From positions 64,001 through 128,000 of the forward strand of contig CAXWPL010000004.1 of the NCBI GenBank assembly GCA_963666215.2: 64,000 nucleotides of DNA. The letters run 5' to 3'. The position numbers and the translations under genes are program-made. Shown piece by piece: positions 57,169 through 64,000 of this stretch; within the stretch, counting starts at the first letter, position 1, and each line of letters begins with the position of its first letter. The notes beneath the pieces are model-generated. The model ran no database searches and was not told the DNA's origin. It saw nothing but the letters and a program-made list of their open reading frames with translations. Source of the stretch: Acidobacteriota bacterium (GTDB lineage Bacteria > Acidobacteriota > UBA890 > WLXD01).

Positions 57169-58614
57169 ATGGCGAGGTGCTGGCAGTTTTATACGCTCAC
57201 GCTGGTTGCAGCGATGGCAATCAGCGGGTCGCCTCCCCTGGCCGCGGGCGCCCAAACCTCGGCGACCGCGCTCCTCTATCGCGACGGCCACAAGGAAGCG
57301 GCGAGCGCCCGACGTGCCGCGATGATGACGGCCATGGAGGGCGGGCTGGCGGTCATCACCAGCGCCGATCGCAGCCAGCCGAACCTCTACGAGTACTACC
57401 CCGACGATACGGAGAGCCACGACTTCATCTTCTTGACTGGCATGTACGATCCGGCGCCCCCGGGATCGATCCTCGTGCTCAACCCCGACGGAAGCACCTA
57501 TCGCGAGGTCCTGTACACCGCCGATGATCTCGAAGAGGCGAGGCGCGTCACCGGAATCGAGCACATCTTCCAACACGAGAAGTTCCTCGAGCACTTCTCC
57601 AGCGCCCTCACCGACTATCGTAACCTGCGCATCACGCAGCTGCGCTTCAAGCCGGTCGCCTCGGACCTGGCCCGCGGCTGGGGCAACTCCGACAAGATCC
57701 TCTACGTCAACTACCCCCGCTTCAACAACCTGAGCGAGCCCGCGAATCCCCGGCTCGAGTTCGTCGACCGCCTGAGGGAGGCCACGCCGGAGCTCGACCT
57801 GCGTGACGCTGGCGACATCCTGGACCGGATGCGGATGGTGCTCGACGATTTCGGCCAGATTCAGGTGCGGCGCGCCATCGAGATCACCGGTAGGGGGCTG
57901 ATGGAGGGCATGAAGCTGGCTCGCCCGAGCCTCAGCACGAAACAGGTGATGGAGGCGGTCAACCACGTCTACCGCCTCAACGGGGCCCGCCTCGGGTTCA
58001 ATACCGGTGTTTCGCCGGCCAGCAATCTGAACGTCGAGCTGCGATGGGAGAACACCCGCGACGAGGAGGCGGCGCGAAAGGGCGACGCCCCGATCTTGCC
58101 GGGCAGCCTGGTGCATTTCGACACCGGAGCCGCGTTCAATCACTACTCGGCCGACATTCAGCGGACGGTCCCAGCCGACGGCACCTTCACGGACGAGCAG
58201 CGTCACGTGTATCAGACGGTTCTCGACGTGCAGAAGACTGTGATCTCGAACGTACGTCCCGGAGTCACCTGGCAGGAGCTCCACGACATGGCGGTGACGA
58301 TGCTGCGCGACGCCGGGGGCTGGGACGAGAGCTACACGTACGGGATCGGCCACTTCATCGGCATGGAGGTGCACGAGCACGGCGACTACACGATTCCACT
58401 GGAGCCGGGCATGGTCCTCGCAATCGAGCAGGGCGTCATCGTCGACGGCACGCGTGTGGCCTTCGAGGACGACGTGCTGGTAACCGGGGATGGCCACGAG
58501 TGGCTGAGCCGCTTCATCCCAATCGAGATCGACGAGGTCGAGGCGTTGCGACGGGAGGCACCGGCTAGCGACCCGAGCCAGCTCCTCCTCCCGCTGCCGA
58601 AGCGGCAGCGGTGA
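57169..58614 (+). CDS. Exported Xaa-Pro aminopeptidase (M24)
   Basis: Signal peptide; DTG..YSADIQRT, GHFIGMEVHE, IEQG, FEDD. Confidence 0.88.
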   Translation: MARCWQFYTLTLVAAMAISGSPPLAAGAQTSATALLYRDGHKEAASARRAAMMTAMEGGLAVITSADRSQPNLYEYYPDDTESHDFIFLTGMYDPAPPGSILVLNPDGSTYREVLYTADDLEEARRVTGIEHIFQHEKFLEHFSSALTDYRNLRITQLRFKPVASDLARGWGNSDKILYVNYPRFNNLSEPANPRLEFVDRLREATPELDLRDAGDILDRMRMVLDDFGQIQVRRAIEITGRGLMEGMKLARPSLSTKQVMEAVNHVYRLNGARLGFNTGVSPASNLNVELRWENTRDEEAARKGDAPILPGSLVHFDTGAAFNHYSADIQRTVPADGTFTDEQRHVYQTVLDVQKTVISNVRPGVTWQELHDMAVTMLRDAGGWDESYTYGIGHFIGMEVHEHGDYTIPLEPGMVLAIEQGVIVDGTRVAFEDDVLVTGDGHEWLSRFIPIEIDEVEALRREAPASDPSQLLLPLPKRQR

Positions 58615-58624
58615 TTGGCGGCAA

Positions 58625-59446
58625 ATGAGCGTCGACCCGGAAACACCGTCCGGCGGATCGTCGGCGGCGGGTGTGGGTCAACGCCTCGAGATCGTGGCAG
58701 TCCCCGGTATTCCGGAGGTGCGGCCCGGTGACGATCTCGTGGAGCAGATACTCGCCGCTCTCGAGGGGGCCCGGCTCGAGCTCCGTGACCACGACATCGT
58801 CGTTGTGGCTCAGAAGATCGTCTCGAAGGCTGAGCAGCGAGTGGTGGATCTCGCCTCCGTGCGTCCGGGGCGGATGGCTCGCGAGTGGGCAGAACGGCAC
58901 GGCAAAGACGCCCGCCAGGTACAGGTGGTGCTCGACGAGTCGGTGCGCATCGTCCGCATGGATCGCGGCGTCATGATCTGTGAGACCCGCCACGGGTTCA
59001 TCTGTGCGAATGCCGGGGTCGACGCCTCCAACGCCCCGCCGGGGTGTGTCCTGCTATTGCCAAGCGATCCCGATGCGTCGGCGCGCCAGTTGCGCGTCGG
59101 CCTCCAAGGTGCCACGGGGGCCCGCATCGGCGTCATCGTCACCGACACCTGGGGACGTCCATGGCGGCTCGGAATCACCAACGTCGCCATCGGCGCCAGC
59201 GGCGTGCCGGTGCTGCGCGACCATCGGGGCGAGCAGGATCCCGCAGGACGACCGATCCGCGTGACCGTGGTGGCGGTGGCAGACGAGTTGGCAGCCGCGG
59301 CCGAGCTGGTCATGGGCAAGGTCTCGCGGATTCCGGCGGTGATCGTCCGAGGTCTCGAGAGCGGACGGCTCGACGAGGGGCCCAACGCGAGCGGCTGCGG
59401 CGCCGGCAGTTTGGTTCGCCCCACCGAAGACGATCTCTTTCGCTAG
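58625..59446 (+). CDS. cofE: Coenzyme F420-0:L-glutamate ligase
   Basis: PEVRPGDDL, QKIVSKAE, ANAGVDASN, TDTWGRPWR.G, ADELAAAA. Confidence 0.9.
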   Translation: MSVDPETPSGGSSAAGVGQRLEIVAVPGIPEVRPGDDLVEQILAALEGARLELRDHDIVVVAQKIVSKAEQRVVDLASVRPGRMAREWAERHGKDARQVQVVLDESVRIVRMDRGVMICETRHGFICANAGVDASNAPPGCVLLLPSDPDASARQLRVGLQGATGARIGVIVTDTWGRPWRLGITNVAIGASGVPVLRDHRGEQDPAGRPIRVTVVAVADELAAAAELVMGKVSRIPAVIVRGLESGRLDEGPNASGCGAGSLVRPTEDDLFR

Positions 59447-59477
59447 CGGGAGCAGCCGCGGACTCGAGTACCGCCGT

Positions 59478-60011
59478 TCAGCTCGCCGGCCGCCGCCCCA
59501 CGAGCATCCGTGCATCCCAGACCAGCACGATCTCGTCGTGCTGGTTGATGACCTCTCCATGGTAGTGGAGGATGCCGCGGGCATCGTCTTTGGCGATGAG
59601 ATCGACAACTCGATTCGCCGAGTGCAGCGTGTCGCCGATCCGCACTGGAAGCAGGAAACGGATTCTGTCGATCCCCGAAAAGGCGATGAACGTGCGTGGT
59701 AAGTACTGGTGAGGACCGTGCCGCAGGATTAGCGTGGAGCCGATCGCCAGGGTCAGCAGGCCATGGGCGATCCGCTCCCCGAACTGACCCGCCTCTGCGG
59801 CGGGGGCATCGGTATGCAAGGGATGCCAGTCGCCGGTGAGGCTGGCATAGGTCACGACGTCGGTCTCGGTGACCGTCCTGGCAGGGCTGACCAGCACCTC
59901 GCCAACCTCGTAGTCCTCGAGATACACACGCTCGACGTGCGTCCGCCGATCCGAGGTGGCATCGCCGCCGACTGTCGAGGTCGCTTCTGCCTGGGGCATA
60001 TCAGTGGTCAC
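59478..60011 (-). CDS. MaoC family dehydratase
   Basis: RTVTETDV..YA.LTGDWHPLH.D, IAHG, PVRIGDT. Confidence 0.9.
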   Translation of the reverse strand: MTTDMPQAEATSTVGGDATSDRRTHVERVYLEDYEVGEVLVSPARTVTETDVVTYASLTGDWHPLHTDAPAAEAGQFGERIAHGLLTLAIGSTLILRHGPHQYLPRTFIAFSGIDRIRFLLPVRIGDTLHSANRVVDLIAKDDARGILHYHGEVINQHDEIVLVWDARMLVGRRPAS

Positions 60012-60168
60012 CTATAGTTGCGAAGATGAAAACCTACGCATTATTTACTCCCTGGTAGAATTCAAGTCAACCGTTAACCGGACAGTCGGTAGAAAACATG
60101 CCGGTTCGGCACCGAACGAAGCCCTCGATCTCCAGCGCCCGAGGCAACCCGATGGCACAGCCAACTCC

Positions 60169-61884
60169 GTGAGAACACTGGCTCCGAAGTGGATCCTGGC
60201 GATCGTCGTAACGCCGTCGCTGGCGCTCGCCGCGCAGCAGCCGACGCCGCGATTCGTCGCGGTCGAGTCGCAGGCTGGACTGTCATTCGTTCACGATCAC
60301 GGCGGCACCGGCCGGTTCTTCGTCTGGGAGAGTGTTGGGCCCGGCGTGACCGTTCTGGACTACGACACCGACGGTCGGCCCGACGTGTACGCGCCCCAGG
60401 GCGCCCCCCTAGAGCAGGGCGGCCCCAAGCCCCGGCCGCCCGTCAACATGCTATTCCGTAACCTCGGCGGTCGTTTCACAGCGCCGATCGAGCTGGCGGG
60501 ATATCGCGATCGCGCGGCGGCGGTGGCTGGCGATTCCGGCTACGGGATGGGCGCGGCCGCAGGCGACTTCGACGGCGACGGCCACACAGACCTGTACCTG
60601 ACGAACTGGGGAGCCAACGTGCTGCTCCGAAACAACGGCGACGGGACCTTCGACGACGTCACCGCGCGGACTGGCGTGGGCGACGAAAGCTGGTCGACGG
60701 CGGCTGTCTGGATCGACATCGACGCAGACGCCGACCTCGACCTCTACGTCACCAACTACCTCGACGCCACGCTCGACAACCATCTGACCTGCCGCTATGG
60801 CACCGAGGCCGTGGAGTCGTACTGCGGGCCAGCGGTCTTCGACGGTGTCGCCGACCGTTTGTATCGCAACGAGGCCGACGGAACCTTCGCCGATATCAGC
60901 CTGGCCGCCGGCATTGCCAATGCTGAGGACGGCAAGGGAATGGCAGCCGCGGCCATCGACGAGGACGGCGACGGCTACATCGACCTGTACGTTGCCAACG
61001 ACACCCGCGCCAATTTCTTGTATCGCAACAATCGCAACGGTGGCTTCGAGGATGTGGGCATGTTCTCGGGCACGAGCATGAGCGGCGACGGTCGCCCGCA
61101 AGCGGGAATGGGGATCGTGTGGGACGACCTCGACGGCGACGGCGACCCCGACCTGACGGTCACCAACTTCCAGGACGACTACAACGTCCTGTACCGCAAC
61201 GAGGGGGGCTTCTACTTCGACGATTCCGCCGCCGCCGGCCTCCGTGGCCCGAGCCTCGCGTATGTCGGCTTCGGGCTCGTCGGCTTCGATCCCGACCTCG
61301 ACGGCGACCGCGATCTGTTCGTGGCCAACGGCCACATCTACGACGTTCGCGAGCACTACGACTCCCGCCTCAGCTACGCGCAGCAGAACCAGCTGTTCTT
61401 GAATGGGGGCGCCGGCGTGTTCGTCGACGCGTCGGAGGCTGCCGGCCTCGGGCACACGGCTCCCGGTGTGTCGCGCGGCGCCGTGGCGGCCGACCTCGAC
61501 GGCGACGGCGATGAAGATCTGCTGATAGCCAACAACGCCGGCGAGCTGCAGCTGCTGGCCAACGGCGCGTGGGCGGCAGACTCCGTGGCGGAGCGGCGCT
61601 CGATTCACATCCGTCTGGTCGGGCGCAACGTGGTGCGGGAGGGCTACGGCGCTACCGTCACGTGCCGAGTGGCAGGTCGTTCGTCAACCCACCGGATCAT
61701 CTCGGGAGGATCGTTCATGTCACAGGGCGATCCGACCGTGCTCTGCGGTCTCGGCGACGCGCTCGAGGCGAGCGTCCAAGTGCGTTGGCCCCGTGGAGGG
61801 CAGGATCTGGTGGCCGGAATCGAAGCAGGCGAGACCGTGGTCATCACGGAGGGGCGCGGCGTTACCGCCCGCCGATCGCGATGA
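60169..61884 (+). CDS. CRTAC1 family protein (FG-GAP/VCBS repeats plus ASPIC/UnbV)
   Basis: Many DxDxDGxxDL repeats; C-terminal SGGSFMSQ..GLG..VRWP; start approximate. Confidence 0.88.
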   Translation: MRTLAPKWILAIVVTPSLALAAQQPTPRFVAVESQAGLSFVHDHGGTGRFFVWESVGPGVTVLDYDTDGRPDVYAPQGAPLEQGGPKPRPPVNMLFRNLGGRFTAPIELAGYRDRAAAVAGDSGYGMGAAAGDFDGDGHTDLYLTNWGANVLLRNNGDGTFDDVTARTGVGDESWSTAAVWIDIDADADLDLYVTNYLDATLDNHLTCRYGTEAVESYCGPAVFDGVADRLYRNEADGTFADISLAAGIANAEDGKGMAAAAIDEDGDGYIDLYVANDTRANFLYRNNRNGGFEDVGMFSGTSMSGDGRPQAGMGIVWDDLDGDGDPDLTVTNFQDDYNVLYRNEGGFYFDDSAAAGLRGPSLAYVGFGLVGFDPDLDGDRDLFVANGHIYDVREHYDSRLSYAQQNQLFLNGGAGVFVDASEAAGLGHTAPGVSRGAVAADLDGDGDEDLLIANNAGELQLLANGAWAADSVAERRSIHIRLVGRNVVREGYGATVTCRVAGRSSTHRIISGGSFMSQGDPTVLCGLGDALEASVQVRWPRGGQDLVAGIEAGETVVITEGRGVTARRSR

Positions 61885-63767
61885 AGATGCGCGGCGCCCG
61901 GGGGCCCGTGCCAATGGCGCGGGGGGCCATTCTGGTGGCTGGCATCGAGCTATTCCTGCCGGTGCTGCTGCCTGCCACCGCGGTTGGCATCACTGCGGCG
62001 CCTGCCCGGTCGGTCGAGCCGCCGCGAGCCGCGGCCCCAATCGGCGGCACCAGGGTTCCTCACCGGACAGCCGAACGCGCCTCGAATCCGGCAGGCCAGG
62101 ACGACCGCCTGCCGACGGCTGTCAACGCGCTCATGGGTGGCAATCCAGCCGCCGCCCTGGCGCAGCTCGACCGGATCCTTGCCGATTCACCGGAACTGGC
62201 GGCCGCCCACTTCTATCGTGGGATGGCGTTGCTCGAGCTGGGTCGCGCGGCGCAGGCTGCCGTTGCACTCTCGCTTGCCACCACGCTCGCCCCGGATGCC
62301 GATGAAGCGTGGGCCTACCTGGGAAGCGCTCGTAGGCTCGCGGGGGACCCCGAAGCGGCGCTTTCCGACCTGAGGATCGCCGCCGATCGGCTCGACGACA
62401 ACCCCGGGCTCTTGGCATCCGTCTATCACGAGCGTGGGCTAGCGCTGATCGCCCTCGACGACATGGACGAAGCGCTGGCGGCCCTTCGGCGCGCAGTCGA
62501 GCTGGCACCCGAGCGCCTGAGCATCCAGTTCGATCTGGCGGTGGCGAGCCTGCGCACCGGCAATGTCTCCGACGCCCGATCGCGATTGTGGCGCATCACC
62601 ACCATGGCTCCCGATTTCGTCGACGCGCCACTGACGCTCGCCCGGCTCGACTACGAACAGGGGCGCTCCGAGGAGGTCGTGCGTCTACTGGGTCCGTTGG
62701 CCCTTCGAGCCCCCGCCCGCGGCGACCTCCAGTACGTCCTCGGCATCGCCTATCGTCAGCTCGAACAGCTGGCCTTGGCGCAGGCGGCGCTGGAGCGCGC
62801 TCTCGAGTTGGGCCACGACGTGCCCGCGGTGCGCTACCACCTGTCGGCGGTTCTGCACGCGGTCGGCGAGCTCGAAGACGCCAAGCATCACCTTCGGCAA
62901 GCGGTGACCCAGGACCCGTCTTTCTTCGAGGCCTACCTGGCACTCGGGCGAGTCGAGGTCGATCTCGGACACCTGAACGAGGCGCTGATGGCTCTGACAG
63001 CGGCGAGCCAGCTGTCTCCGGCGAGCGCCGAAGCACGGGCTGCGCTCGGCGATGCACAGCTTCAAACAGGGCGCATCGATGACGCGATCGTCAGCCTCCA
63101 ACGGGCTCTGGAGATCGATCCCGGTGACCGCCGGGCTCTGTACGCGCTGGCCCAGGCGTTGCGACGGCGCCGGACCGAAGGCGACGCAGCCGAGGCCCGA
63201 CGTCTGCTCGAGCGCCACCGCGAGTTGGAACTGGCGGAAGTGCATCGGATCGAGGCCGTGGCGCGCGGCCAAACCGATCTGATACTGGGGCACGATACTC
63301 TCGACAGAGGACAGCTCACGGAGGCCCGAGAGGCCTTTCAGCGGGCCTTGGCGGCCGACCCCGGGCTCGTGCGCGTTCGCTACTTGCTGGCCTTTCTGGG
63401 CTCACAGCTGGGCGAACCGGGGCCGGCGGTCACGGAGTTGCGGGCTCTGGTCGAAGGCGACCCCGCGTCGGCGGATGCCCGCTTCTATCTCGGCCGAGCG
63501 CTCGAGGCCGTTCCCGACGATGCAGCGGCCGAAATCGCCTACCGGGGCGCCCTCGAGCTCGAATATAGCCGGCCCGACGTCCGGCTCGAGCTCGGCCGCC
63601 TGCTGTTGCGCTCGGAGCGACCTCGCGAGGCCCTCGAGGTGCTGGAGCCTGCGCTAGCGGTCGCGCCCAACTTGCAGCCGCTGCGCGACGCCGTCGAGCA
63701 GGCCCGCGATGCGCTCGAGCGCGTCCAGGGTCAGCGGGGCTCGGGAATCGGCTCGCGCGTCCAGTAA
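61881..63767 (+). CDS. Tetratricopeptide repeat protein
   Basis: Repeated A...LG......A...AL.L.P units; ATGA overlap with CRTAC1. Confidence 0.88.
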   Translation: MKMRGARGPVPMARGAILVAGIELFLPVLLPATAVGITAAPARSVEPPRAAAPIGGTRVPHRTAERASNPAGQDDRLPTAVNALMGGNPAAALAQLDRILADSPELAAAHFYRGMALLELGRAAQAAVALSLATTLAPDADEAWAYLGSARRLAGDPEAALSDLRIAADRLDDNPGLLASVYHERGLALIALDDMDEALAALRRAVELAPERLSIQFDLAVASLRTGNVSDARSRLWRITTMAPDFVDAPLTLARLDYEQGRSEEVVRLLGPLALRAPARGDLQYVLGIAYRQLEQLALAQAALERALELGHDVPAVRYHLSAVLHAVGELEDAKHHLRQAVTQDPSFFEAYLALGRVEVDLGHLNEALMALTAASQLSPASAEARAALGDAQLQTGRIDDAIVSLQRALEIDPGDRRALYALAQALRRRRTEGDAAEARRLLERHRELELAEVHRIEAVARGQTDLILGHDTLDRGQLTEAREAFQRALAADPGLVRVRYLLAFLGSQLGEPGPAVTELRALVEGDPASADARFYLGRALEAVPDDAAAEIAYRGALELEYSRPDVRLELGRLLLRSERPREALEVLEPALAVAPNLQPLRDAVEQARDALERVQGQRGSGIGSRVQ

Positions 63768-64000
63768 CCCTCGACCTCGTCGCTCAGCCCGGTCAGCTCC
63801 CAACGGATCAACGAAGTGGGAATCCGACCGGCGGCAAGGTATTCGTCGTGAAACTCACCGAGGTTGAACTCGGCGTCGCCGAGCTGCCTGTATCTGTCCG
63901 CGACAAGCTTGCTGATCTCGAGACCGCCGATCAGGTAGCTGAGTCCGTAGCCCGGCGGACGACGCAGGTAGATCTCGGCGTCGACCCGAGCGACATTGGC
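63731..64000 (-). CDS. DUF885 family protein, C-terminal part (5' partial)
   Basis: Own translation: YLRRPPGYGLSYLIGGLEI..FNLGEFHDEYLAAGRIP..TGA at 63731-63733. Confidence 0.75.
   Translation of the reverse strand, partial: ANVARVDAEIYLRRPPGYGLSYLIGGLEISKLVADRYRQLGDAEFNLGEFHDEYLAAGRIPTSLIRWELTGLSDEVEGYWTREPIPEPR

Overview
GC-rich bacterial window. The PadR/duplicated ABC-permease pair, TonB receptor, CRTAC1-TPR pair and DUF885 suggest Acidobacteriota (inference only). Main contents: (1) a ~15 kb minus-strand run from an ArsC-like selenoprotein through fatty-acid oxidation genes, a SCO lipoprotein and a selenocysteine formate dehydrogenase operon; (2) three UGA-readthrough selenoprotein genes, each with a SECIS-like hairpin, all split by the ORF track; (3) an Sdh1-type complex II whose flavoprotein has lost its catalytic residues and capping domain, next to an intact frdABCD; (4) a decayed junction with an sdhB relic, a PIN fragment, a 129-bp MITE-like element and a truncated ECF sigma factor; (5) the best candidate for an undescribed system, a divergent cluster at 43723-57056. 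It holds a B12 acyl-CoA mutase with an altered substrate pocket, a PhlABC-like thiolase/inactive HMGS/DUF35 trio, two CoA ligases, an SDR, a Na+ symporter with a 39-aa partner, an FMN oxidase with an Arg-to-Glu change and a class III aminotransferase. No rRNA, tRNA or CRISPR array was seen. All family assignments come from reading motifs by eye, not from database searches.
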